Positions 12,502-25,244 of a DNA stretch of 64,000 bases are shown here, in pieces. The notes under the pieces are model-generated. The model saw only the letters and a list, made by a program, of their open reading frames with translations. It was not told the DNA's origin and searched no databases. Within the stretch, counting starts at the first letter, position 1, and each line of letters begins with the position of its first letter. The translations under genes were made by a program, and so were the position numbers. Source of the stretch: Styela clava (lineage: Eukaryota); NCBI RefSeq assembly GCF_964204865.1, contig NC_135251.1, positions 15,500,001-15,564,000 on the forward strand. The letters run 5' to 3'.

Positions 12502-13643
12502 CTGAAGACATTATGAGATGTATGTATGAACATCTGTCGACGAAATTTTCGAGTCTTTACGGACTGAGGTTCATATACTATTAATATTACATTATTATGC
12601 TGTAATAGTAAGCATTTTTATGGACACAATCATTGAGTTTGCGAACAAGATGTTTCGTTATTGGGTATTTTCAGCATGTTGAAAAAAGAAACAAGCTAAT
12701 ACCGATTCTGCGATTGTCAGCGTTTCGCAGACTCTAACGTTGAGGATGTCCGGGAATAATAGGCTTTTACGGACTAAGCTCTCAAGTCGACATTTCCAGC
12801 TGGACCGTAATATAAACTACGGTAGTTAGAGTCTACTGCTACGGTTTCATCTTATACATGTGACTACAGACTGGTTTCTTAAAAGCACTTTCGGCGGTGT
12901 ATTACTTCTTACGTACGTGCTATTTCCCATCTCTCAGTCAATATGTGGTTGACTGACACTCTATAAAGTAATCAATCGTGCACCTAATTTAGCTATTTAA
13001 TTTGGGTCTTCCGTAGTTTCTTACCCGTCAATTTCCCATCGCTACTGTTGTCATGTTTTTTATTCTAAATCTAATTCTCAATCATATTTCGGGTTCTACT
13101 GCAAACACTTTCTAAAGCTACTGATTTGCTACTGATTCCCGTACATCTACTATAAAAATACAATTAAATAAACCTTCATAATACCACAGAATCATCACAG
13201 TCCAGGACCGCCTGCTGAAGATAGGCTCTCATTTACAAGGTGTCCCAGGATGATAAGATTTTTAATTGTTACGTCACCGACAACTTGTTATTTAGACTCC
13301 AACAAAAAAAGTAGTATTGGTTGATTCTCTTGAACTTTTTTTCTCGATGAGACATGTGCAGACAATTCACCGTCGGTATTCATTTATACTTTGCATGATC
13401 AACGCGATAAGCAAAGTGCCGATTCGCTTCGTTCGTTCTTTGTTGCGTGACGTGAATCAGCAAATGTATCTATGATGCGTCATTATAAGTTCAAAACACA
13501 AACGAGCAAGGATTGCTGAAGTATAAGTTGTGTTCTGCAGTTCTGGCGCTGATTAATCTTCCGTCTATCCGTCTATCGACACAAGACAAAGCATTAAAAA
13601 CATAGTTTTAGGGCGTCATATATTCCTCAGTGGAGTAGACAAT

Positions 13644-16600
13644 ATGGCATCTATGTACAAATACTCCTGTTCGATATATGGCCATAATTCTGATGTTAGG
13701 GGGGTTCAGCCTTCCCCGTTTTCATCGTTGGGAATTTTATCAGGATCACGGGACTTCACCGCCAGGCTCTGGGAGCAAGACAGGTAAGTAACCTAGAAAC
13801 CTGACTAGAATAAGATATCGTTCACATTTTTGGGGAGTAAACATAACCATTTTAAATGAAGTAACATAATGACAGCCCATTTTTTTAATTGTGTTTAGCA
13901 CCGACAATTAACTTGAAACCAAATTCAGAAATTGAAGTGGATAGCAGAAAACTGCCCTTAACTAATCTAATGATTATCTTGTTTAAGTCATGAAACTTGA
14001 ACTGTTTTGATATTGAATAGTGAGGTATATTGCTCCATTGAGAATTTAAAACATTTAATGTTTGACAGTTGTCGAGTTTAAAATGAATGTAAAATATATA
14101 TATATATTGATTCATTAAACAAGGTTTTTCAAATTGTATTTGGATGATAAAATCTTTTATTTATTGTACCTTCTCTGATCGCAAATAACTTTTTTCAAAG
14201 CGATGGAAAAGGATATCATCAAGCTCAAGCATTCGAAGATCACACAAATTTTGTATCATGCATTGCTGCTGTAGCACCATCGGAAGATCATCTTGAAGGA
14301 CTTATATTCACAGGATCAAGTGATAAGATTATCAGGGCCTTTCGTCCATCATCAACTAAGGCAGTATTTGAGATGAAGGGCCACACAGATAATGGTACAA
14401 TTTCCTATTATTGAACTCTGAAATAATTATTTTTTTCAATTCTTTTCTTTACTGACTCTTTAGAAGTTCTAGGCAACCAGCACTGGGATATGGATATACT
14501 ATTTCGGATGCGTTCTCGAATATAGGATATTGATAGGTTCCAAATTTTGTCATGTTCAACTAAGAATGCATAGAATGGTTTTATTTACAATGAGTTAGTT
14601 TTGCAGGAAAGTTTCAAATAAACAGTGGCTTTATTTGTCATACTTTGAGACTATTTCCAAGAGGAGTATTCAGAATTATTTCTTTACGAAAACAAGAATT
14701 TAAAATATTGAATATAATTTATTTTGAATGAATTCAAATATTTTATTTGTTTTACACATCCCTGGCTTTGTTTAATATAACTTGATCTAATATATGCAAC
14801 CATAGGCAAATTGCGACTGATCTGAAATGGTCTCAGAATTTTATTCAGTTATAGGCCCAAATAGATTGTGAAGATGTTTCAAAATGATCTAGATATATCA
14901 CCCCAAAATTGTTTACCTAGTGTATGGTGGCATTCAATGTCCTAAATTGTCTTTCATCTGTGGCATTGTTTTATCTCTGTTCATCATTATAACATCTGCA
15001 ACCTCTCATGTTTTTTATCTTCTTCATAGTGTGCACACTCTCTGTTGGTAAATTCCACATGCTCATCAGTGGATCTTGGGATAAGACAGCTCGTGTTTGG
15101 GTTTATAAAAAAGATGAAAGTGGGAATATTGGTGAGTAACTCAAATTTTTCTTTTGCAAAAGATAATGTAGAAGGAATATATCAATTAGTATGAAAATAG
15201 TAAAATTTTGGTGAATTCAATAATTATAGAATTTTTTTCTTCAACATGCAAGTTTAAGTTAGCAAGCCAAATTTAGAAGTTCTTGCTCATTTCATCTTAT
15301 TGAATTGATGATGCATGTACACAGTGTTGTGTACTCAAATGTGCTGTATGTTTTAAGGTTTGATCCAAGCTTATATTTCTATGACTGTTTTTGAAGGTAA
15401 TCTGACATATTTGTCTGACATATCTTGGTATTTATGTGTGATGTATGGTAATTTTTGCAGATGGAAACAATGTATTAACATTGCAAGGTCACACTGCATC
15501 AGTTTGGGCTGCTCTCTTATTGCAGCAAGGTGTTATGGTTACAGGCTCAGCCGACAAAACTATTAAATTGTGGAAAGCAGGAAAATGTGTTCATACATTT
15601 ACAGGTAGGCAGGTCGTGGGACACTAGTGGTATAAAGATGCAAGTTTACTACAGTAATCAGTAATTCATGACCACATTATCATCCAGGTCTTTTTCATAT
15701 ACAAAACTTGATATTTATGTAACCTAAGTGTTGAAGTTTTGTGTGTCTGTGTGGATCAATTTGGAATAAATTGTATTCAGAATTTTCAATTTTAGATTCC
15801 TGGTATGATGCAGAATAGTTTGAAAATTGATCATTTTGAAAAATTGAAGTCTCACTGTGAAACCACAAAGGCCTGACATTTCATTTCTGAAAACTATTCT
15901 GCAAAATGGAAAACCAATCCAATTACTGTTTATCATAAATTTTCTCCATTTCCAAATCTACTTCTAGATCTTTTTTGTTGAATGTGACCCAGTTTAATTA
16001 AAATATATTTTATTTTTTGTATAAATATAGGCCATGAGGACTGCGTTCGAGGACTGGCAATGGTATCAGCTTGCCAGTTTTTATCCTGTGCAAATGATGC
16101 CACGGTGAGAAGATGGACAACTACAGGAGAGTGTTTACAAGTGTACTATGGTCATACAAGCTTCATTTACTCAATTGCTATGTTGCCTGGAGGGAATGGT
16201 TCGTTATTTCTATATTTCAATAACCTCACAGTGAGGGCGTGGCAGTGTGGTTCATTGTGCTAAGCGTTTTGAATACGCTTGCCACCGCACCTCTGATTAC
16301 TCTGCGTGGGTTCGCAGGTTTGAATCCCATGCAGCCTGCAGGGATGGTGCGAGAGGATTGCTGGACTCCACTATCAAGTCCATGCTCTCGAAAAACAAAT
16401 AACTATCTAGTTCCATACCTGACTTGAAATGGTAATAGGACAAGAGGCCGTGGTTCACCATATAGTTAAGCCGTTACGCTTATCGGCATTCCTCACCACG
16501 GGATAAATATGTAAATCCTATTCCTGACTTGTATTCTTAACATAGTACTCTTACTATTTATATTGTTTTTCAGAATTTGTCACTGGTGGGGAAGATCGTT

Positions 16601-19600
16601 CTGTAAGAGTGTGGAATTTAGAGAAAAAAGACGCAATCCAAAGTATACCATTACCTGCACAGAGTGCTTGGGATATCACTGTACTTGGGGTTAGCAGTAT
16701 TAAATTTTTGAGTGTATATATACTATTTATATACTATATACTCAATGTACTGTATAGATATGTTGAAAGTATTTCCAAAAATGTCCAAATATTTTCTTGA
16801 AATTATTGATTCAATTTCTATGTTACCATTACATTGATTTATCTTTTCCAGCAATACATTTTTATTTAGTGTTTCGTACTATGTTCCCTTTAGCATTACT
16901 TTTACGCTAAGACTTATTTCTATTCCTTTTTGTTTTTCTTATAGAATGAGGATCTTGTGATAGCTCTAAGTGATAGTACCATGAGAGTATTTAGCAGAAT
17001 TGAATCTCGAATCGCATCTGAAGCAAATACTGCTGCTTATGAAATTGAACTGTCTGAAAGCTTGAAAAAATCTGATGACGGAATCAGTGATATTGACGAG
17101 AAAAATATTAAAGATATATCAGCTCTTCAAATCCCAGGTATTAGATTTTGCTGTCTACCTTTTAAAACTTGGATCCTCATTCTGCATGCATCTTATTCTA
17201 TGGAAATGTCACATATATTTGGCCATAAAGTCAATTTAGGAGTGATAATCAAATTAAACTACCGGTACATTGTTAACAAATTTGATTTTACTAAATAGGT
17301 GGAAAGATAGGTTTGAAAGAACCAGAATCTTTCTGTTCTGCATAGCCTACCCAATTTTGGTACATCATGGTTGAGGTGGAGCGCATGGGGTCCGAACATT
17401 GAACCAAAGATCTTTCACAAGCAACGCCAACATAATTGGTTCCAATGCTCTAACAACTACGCACATGTTGATAATATATACTGGTATTATTCAATCCTGG
17501 TATGTGGTTTCATAACCCCTTCAATTTTTTGTATCAAAGGTACTAAAGATGGTCAAGTTATCATGGTTAGAAATAATGACAAAGTGGAAGCTCATCAATG
17601 GAATCAATCTTCCGCTCAGTGGACAAAAGTTGGAGATGTTGTCAGTGCAAAGAACACTAAGAAAGCATATAATGGTTAGATATTGATGTTTTCATGGTTT
17701 GAACCTTTTTTGAACAAAAGAAAGGATTACATTATTGCTGGTCTGTTACAGCTTCCTTTGTCCAAATAGTATATGGTTTTGGAAGTATATGGTAAATGGT
17801 TATTTGTTTTCATACTAAAGCAGGACTGGCAACTGGTCAAGAAGTCAGTCATTCACCATATAACTTAACCACCTTTTGGCTTCCCTCTCTATGGAGAAAT
17901 ATATGTGAAGAATCCTATGTAATCCTTATATGACATATACATACTATATCAGGGGTACTTAAACTGGGGTGCGCGAGATGCTCACAGGGGGGGGGGGGGG
18001 GGGGCGCGAGAAGTCACAAGATGGAATCGGAAATTGAAATGTATTGGCTCCTGAAACGGTCTCCGCGTTCATTAAAAATACCAGCTTTTTTGTGTTGTAA
18101 TAAATTTTTCTGTCTCGTAATAACTACAATAATTTAAAATGTCTCTCTATTTTGATTTATTTCTGTCCAAGGTAACTCGCGGTTGCGGCAACTCACAACA
18201 AAATAAACCTATTAGCTATCTAAAAGTATTCTATAATGTCACATTTACAATAAAGAAATTTTTAGTTACGGTCTTACGGATTCACTTCTTTATTCTATTT
18301 TTAGCATCTCGTCGCTGATGATTATAATAAAAACTGACTCTTTTTCCTCAGAGGTGTCATGGTTCCATTCGAGAACAAAAAAAGTAATCATAATCGTCTT
18401 CGCTGCTCAAGAATATGTCAAGGGAAATTTCGGATTTAAGAAGAATAAACACCGAAATCAAGATTTTTAGGGCTTGAATAACACGCGATGACGCTGACGT
18501 AAACAATGGAGATTTAAACAAAATGCAATCGCCAACGCCTTAGGGACAACAATTGATTGAAATTTTACGTGTCTTATGTAAACGTTTAAGCAGAAAATAC
18601 ATTAAAGCATAGGTTTATTGCTTGTTTAGTTTTACTTAATAATTAGTTTGACTTTGCCAAGTATTGCAAACTGGGCGGGAAAACGAGAATGTATGATGAC
18701 CAACCACTATTTGGGCTTTATACATACGACAGTGAATGGCGAAGTTGTACTCCGAAGCGTTTCATGCCTAAACAATCTGAGCATTGACGCTATGAGACCA
18801 ACACTCAGTAATAGCGCCATCTTAATATATAACAACTTGTCTATCACAAAAGCATTTTTTTAAAGCAAAACGAGGGGGGCGCGGAGTTTGTAAAATTTTT
18901 CAAAGGGGGGCGCGGATCAAAAAGTTTAAGAACCACTGTACTATACTGTAAGTTCACATATGTTGTGAGTGTGACTGTGTTAGGTGTTGATAATATTGGA
19001 CTATCAATGAGTTGTGTTGCTGCAAGATTGGTCATTGCGTTCCCATTATTAATTTTTTTTTTTTATCCATACTTTGCAACCACTCATTTTGGATTTTGGC
19101 AGTGTTTGGGAGACTCAGAGTCATTGACTCTACTCAAGTCAGTTTTTTCAAAGACGTCATGTGACTTGAGTCATCTCAGTGAAAAAGCAAATTATTGCGT
19201 AATCACCTGAGGATTCAGGACTCTGACGTGACTCTGGGGTTTCAGAATTTGTACTCTGTGTTGCTATTTGGAAATAGAAATTTTTTAATAGTAACAGGCA
19301 GACCTTTGGGGTTTTTATTTCAATGAAATAAATATTTCATAACAAAAAAGTTATTTTCAGTTTCTTTACATTTTCAGGCAGAGAATATGATTTTGTGTTC
19401 GACGTTGATATACAGGAAGGTGCTCCTACTCTAAAACTACCTTACAATCTTGATGAAGATCCATGGATGGCTGCTCAACAATTCATAGATGATAATGAAC
19501 TGAGTCAAGATTTTCTTGATCAAGTTTGCACCTTTATTATGGATAATACGAAGGAGGCAAGGAGTAAAAGTGGAAAAGAACCAAGAGCACCTGCAGCCTA

Positions 19601-22600
19601 TGATCCGTTCACAGGTATAATTTTTCATTGTGGTTCTTTATGGAGTCAAAAGCACAAAGTGATATGCAAAATAATGTATTCTCTATTCCATTTTTCCAGA
19701 ATTAGGATAACATTGCACTTTATATTTAGAGTAGGTATATTTATTTAATTTATAATTAGAGATGATCGATCTTCGATGGACTAGTGGTTTCCAATTCTTA
19801 AATATTTCTAAAAACTTGCATACACTGCAGCAAAAAAGTAGTCTGAGCATAATTCTGTGCAATCTCATTTTGAATGTATGAGTTTAATAATTCGTGATAG
19901 AAAAAGTATCCATAACCAGTTTATTTGTTAACTACGACAGACACCTACGTCTTGAAGTCTTGTGCTGATATTGAACAGTTTTATCAAATTTTTATACATG
20001 ATATTCTTGCTGTTATTAATTTTATTTGCTTACAAAAACACCAACAACCTCTATTTTGAAGTTTTTAACATATCGTGGCATTTTTTGAAAATTGATAGAG
20101 ATATGTATGAATTTACCTGGCTCATTTCAAACACAAGACATGGCGTTATATTGCATCCAACCTTCTAAATATTTCACCATTCCTGTTATCAGGTGGTACA
20201 AGATATGTGCCTGGTGATACAGAGTCTAATGTAGTTGGAGGACAGGATCCATATACTGGTTCGTGATTTGCTTTTCTATACTTTCTATCTTTTTTCACTC
20301 AAATAATTTCCATGAGTTGAATGTTATGCAGCATGATATAACCACTTTTCCTCTGTATATACAAGTCATATGCCACACTAAAAGTCTATTGTCACTAATT
20401 ATGCACACAGAAACTTATTTAATAGATTTCATTTTATTGATTTCTAAAAGTAATCTGTAATCTGCTCGTTCTCTAAAGGCATGGAATCTTGTGTATAAAA
20501 ATTCAGGGGACTATATTTTAAAAACATGATTATCTCCATCGGATGTGTTTAGTTTTTTTTTCTTTTAATCGAGAGCACAAATGAGGAAATAAAGCGATCA
20601 GTGTTCTTAAAATCAACTTCGTTTTGATGGTGTTATGTAAGTAGTGTTTCTTTCCACTGAGTTGCCACATTGTAAAAAAATGATTTTTATATACAGGCAG
20701 TGGTCGTTATGTTGCAGAAAATTCAAATTCCCCTGCAATGAATGGCACTGGTGAAGACCCATTTACAGGAGGTGGTAGATATGTACCGGAAAGTGGAGAA
20801 AGTGATGTGAAATTAGGGGGTGGTGCAGCAGCAGACCCTATGATCAATCCTAACAGGTCAGATTCTCACTTCAAAGTTAAAATGGAAGAATTGCATAACA
20901 AATGTAAAACTGTAAATGACTTGAACTGACTTGAATAATTTTTCAAAAATTGATTTCAATTTTGATTTTAAATTGATTTTTCAAAATTGATGATAGAAAG
21001 CTTTACGATTAACTTTTACTGATACATTGTATACATTTTTGGTCATTGATATCTTTTTATTACTTGATATTTGTGATGCTGGTTGCAAAATACTACAAAA
21101 CGTACTATTTATTCTTTCGTTAGAGTATTAGACAACTCTAGCTATTGCCACTAAACTTAAATTCGTGCCAATACTGTCAGTAAATCACCTAGTAATTAGA
21201 CAATGCACAAGATATTGATAATATAGATATATTCCTTATAGATATGCGGACAAGCTATTTGATCTGTTAATATTAACAATTTCAGGTATATACCGGGAGA
21301 TGAAGAAATGGATACTTCAGATAATGTTGTGGTTAATTTCAAACCTCGACAAATTGAAACAGTGAAGGAATATTTTCCAAAGGAAGGATTCATTACTTTT
21401 GACAATGCAAATATAGATGCAATATTAGGTAAGATCAGCCCAACGTTTTTACGTCTCATTTTGAGATAGATATGGAATCATTCAAGGCATTTTTCTTGGT
21501 AAAATTGCCAAATTGGCTTTTCAATCGTATATATATATTCAAGGTTGACTATATTCCATAACATAATGAAAAAATTTCCTACTTTTCCAGGGAAACTGAA
21601 ATCATTTTCTGAAAAATGTGGAGAATTGTTAGAAGCTGATCTGGAATGTTTGAAATCGCTCACTTTGCCTGATTATAAATTGAAACCATCAAATTTAGAT
21701 GTGCTTTGGAAAGTATTGAGCTGGCCCGCAGGCAAGTTGAAACATACAATATTTTCTAAATAAGTTTTATGTGGATGAGTATTTTGTAAATAATTTCAGG
21801 AAAAGAAGAGAGCCATTGTGGTTAACGTGGCTGGCCACATTACCAGCCCAATCCATTATGGGAATAAATAACAACTTATTGTTTTCAAGCAAAAGCAGAC
21901 GTCAATATGCACAAAAATTTAAACTTAGGTTTAATTCGTATTTAAATATACTTCTTTCAGAAAATATGTTTCCCGCGTTGGATATTTTACGCTTGACATG
22001 TTTGCGACAAGAGGAGTCTTGTCGGATATTGTGCACTGGAGCAAATGATGAAGACGTCCGACCTCAGAAACTTTTGGAAATGTTGTGCCTTCTCATCTCA
22101 GCCACTGGAAATGAAAAACACGTCAATGCAAACAGGCTTCTAAGTCTTCGAACATTATGCAATTTATTTGAATCACCTGATGGTTCAGCATTCCTAACAG
22201 CTGGTTATAAAGACATTTTCCAAGCTCTGTCTGCAGGATTTACTAGCGGCCTTGATGAAAATAAGGCACCTTTCTATGGGAATAAAAATGTCCAAATTGC
22301 TGCTGCTACATTACTTCTAAATTTCGCCGTGTTGGTGTCAAATAGTTCAACAAAAAATAAAAAACTTTCACCGATTGTGGAGAAATTGTGCGATGCAGTA
22401 CGATCATCGTGTGTCGAGATTGCTATTGTTCATCTGGTTGCTGGGGAACATACTTCGGATCCTGAAGCTATTTTCAGATATTTAGTTTGCTTGGGAACCC
22501 TACTAACTGGAGATGATAGATTTATAAAAGACGCTAATGATCTCGGTGCAGAAAAAGTTGTTGAAACTACTGGGGCATTGTATTCATCGGTTCCAAAGAT

Positions 22601-22646
22601 TTATGAATGTACAAAATCACTATCAGTGTTGCTATTCGTGGATTAA
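13644..22646 (+). CDS. PLAA: Phospholipase A2-activating protein / Doa1-Ufd3 (WD40 + PFU + PUL), multi-exon
   Basis: WD40 exons (GHNSDVRGV, ISGSWDKTARVW, GHTASVWA..TGSADKTIKLW, GHEDCVRGL..SCANDATVRRW, TGGEDRSVRVW); PFU 'YDFVFDVDIQEGAPTLKLPYNLDEDPWMAAQQFI'; DPFTG-RYVP linker; PUL 'FPALDILRL..KNVQIAAATLLLNF..EAIFRYLVCLGTL'. Confidence 0.93.
16232..16525 (+). mobile_element. tRNA-derived SINE family A in a PLAA intron
   Basis: A-box-like TGGTTCATTG, B-box-like GGTTTGAATCCC, homology to the 5088 copy, tail ggataaatatgtaaatcctattcct. Confidence 0.78.
17821..17930 (+). mobile_element. Degraded 3' fragment of SINE family A
   Basis: 'ttcaccatataacttaacc..ggcttccctctc..ggagaaatatatgt..aatcctat' resembles the family 3' end. 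Confidence 0.4.
17950..18938. mobile_element. Non-autonomous hAT-type transposon in a PLAA intron
   Basis: TIRs CAGGGGTACTTAAAC / GTTTAAGAACCACTG; TSD TACTATAT vs TACTATAC (7/8); gggggcgcg subterminal repeats. Confidence 0.85.
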
Positions 22647-25244
22647 CAAATTAATTAGAAGGTTCATGCATTTGTAAAAGAGTGAATCAGTGTGAGAACT
22701 GGTCGAGAAGATTTTCCCCAAACTGCAAACAATTCTTTGAGCCAGAAATAAAGTGTGTCATGCATGACTCAAAAAGTTGAAACAGAAAAATATTCATTTT
22801 TTATAGATATAAAGTGAGGATATATTAGATTGATTTGCAATTGAAAATCTCTTGTAGCGTTCTAGGGAATTATATTTTCAAATTGAGGTATTCTAACATT
22901 TTTGTTTTTTCGAATATCAAAACCGGTTATTTCTTACATTAAATATTCTGCAGTTATTAAATTTTGATTGTAACTGAATATTTGTTACGTTTAGACACAC
23001 CTTTTGTTGATACTAATTTTACAAAATCAGTATAAAATTTAGCAAATGTTTTAATTGTACCAATTCTATTTGGTGGCACATTTGCATGTTCCATGATTTA
23101 GTTCAAATAAATATTTTTGTTCACTGTTTCACTTGTTTATTATTGACCAAATGCAGGTAGATTGGAATTTGAGGGATATGTATTTAAGTGTTTGTTAGGC
23201 AAAATACCACTTGAACTTCCATGTTGAATCGGTGTTACAAATCGTGACAGGCAATCAAATTAAGTGTGATTCGTGTCAAAATGGTGGTTCTTGGTCTGGT
23301 TAGATATTTGCTGTTGCTATAAATTCCACACCTAACTGGTGTATGATACATTCCCTTAGGTCATGTTGATCGATTTCTAAAATATGAAGTATCAAGTGGG
23401 GTTAGATCAGTGGTTCTTAAAATTTCATTCATGATCCGTGTTCCCCTTCAAAGACTCTTAGAACACTTCTATCCTGGTCTTCTAAGAGAAAACATCCTTT
23501 TAGCCGACAAAGCAAATTAATTAATGGTAATTTACTCAGTAGTAGTCATGGTGAATGGGACTAGAGAAAGTCTTTGCTCATGGTACCTATGATTATCAAA
23601 TTTTAATCAGTAACACTCTTTCCCAAATTTGGCTTTGACATTTGGCACGCAATCTGCATAATCCACTTGTGTAAAAGTAAGCGTTGTTAAAAGGCCTGTC
23701 CACGAAGTCCTGGCACTGTAGCTCAGTAGTTAATTTCATTAATCTAACCAGTGTTGCATGATTGATGTACTCTTAATTACCTAATTCCAAGGCCTGTTTT
23801 GAGTAATGCATTATGAAAAGCAGAGCATAAGATGTGAATACACAGCCCGGTTGAAGAATGTGTGCCTAAGGCTCCAGTTCCTCAGCTCATTTTTTTACGT
23901 TTCATCAACCTTAACCAGTATCACATTGACTGATGTAGCCTAGCCTACTTTTAATCTCTTTTCCTAGCACCAAATCTTTCTTCTTTTCCATCAATAAATA
24001 ACAATACAAAGTTCCAACTGTACATTTTATTATTTATCTTCCAGAGGGACTATTAAGCAGACAACGAGATGCGACTAAAGTCGCATTGATTGGGATTGAA
24101 ATCTAATTCGGCAGTAGAACTGTCCATTAATATTGTTTGGTCGAAGATACGTATTGGGTCGCCATATAATTCATCAAACCAGTCACTGCAGAGCAGTCAT
24201 AAACCAAAGATTAATTTAGCAAACCTATTATGATGAAAAAAATGAGTGAAATCACCAAATATAAAGCCATTATTATGCCCTAAATATAATTTAGCTTAAT
24301 TCACTGTGATGTAGTTCAAAAATGATTGAAATTCTAATACAATACCAATACAAAAAAATTTAAGTCTTCTTTTCTGGAGACTTATGACAGTTCTCAAAAA
24401 CACTCCCACAAACTGTAAACCTATCAAAGCGAATTTGTTTGGTAAGAGACATTCACCAACGCCAAAAATATTTGTAAAAATCATTTTCAGTTCCATACAT
24501 AAAAAAAATCCAGTAAATATGTAAACCAAGAATCTGAAAATTATTTTTGTCAGTTATCACTACTCCAGAAATATTTGGTACTCAACAAAACAAAGATTAA
24601 AAAATATGTACATGTAAAAATCTAAAAGCTCGACATCATTCCTGAACCCACTTATGATAGATAATCACCACATTCTTAAATTAAGAAATGCTCAAATAAT
24701 TTACCAAGGAAAATACACTAATTGTTTGATGATTTGAATAAATAACATCAAATTTTTTTTTTTAAAGAACTTTGTACAGTGAATTGTGGTTAGCTTTGAA
24801 AGAAATATCTGTGATATGACACAATTCTCCAGATGATGGCGCAACTTGAAAATAGGGTATGTATTGTTAAACTCTGAATGTTACATGATCGAAAACTTGC
24901 TAGGAACATTTATCAGAGAGGCTAAAGTTTAGTTATGCCTGAAATAATTATCAAACTGAATTAATGTTTTTAAAGTTCAGGAAAAATTGCCTATTTTTGG
25001 GGAAGTTTTTTTGCATTGAAAATATTCACATCATATCAGTTAGGATTCAATGAGACAGAAAATTCATACATTTTTAGTATGCCACTGACTTCCAACTTTT
25101 GCCTTCAAAGTATTTAACGACCATGCAACAGTTTATGACCTGTTTATGACCTGTTTATGACCATGACCTTTAAGGTTGTACAAAAATTCAACCAATATTG
25201 TGAATCTGTTTGTTTTTCAGTTCTACATTGTATGTATAGAGTCA

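Noticed and set aside
17987-18004. Poly-G run as a regulatory G-quadruplex
   Set aside because: Expansion of the MITE's ggggcgcg subterminal motif; homopolymer length is unreliable
21771-21960. N-terminal part of the 291-aa ORF as a separate gene
   Set aside because: It is intron read-through; PLAA coding sequence resumes at 21961
25131-25168. (GTTTATGACCT)x3 in the SF3B1 3' UTR
   Set aside because: Short slippage-type repeat with no evidence of function
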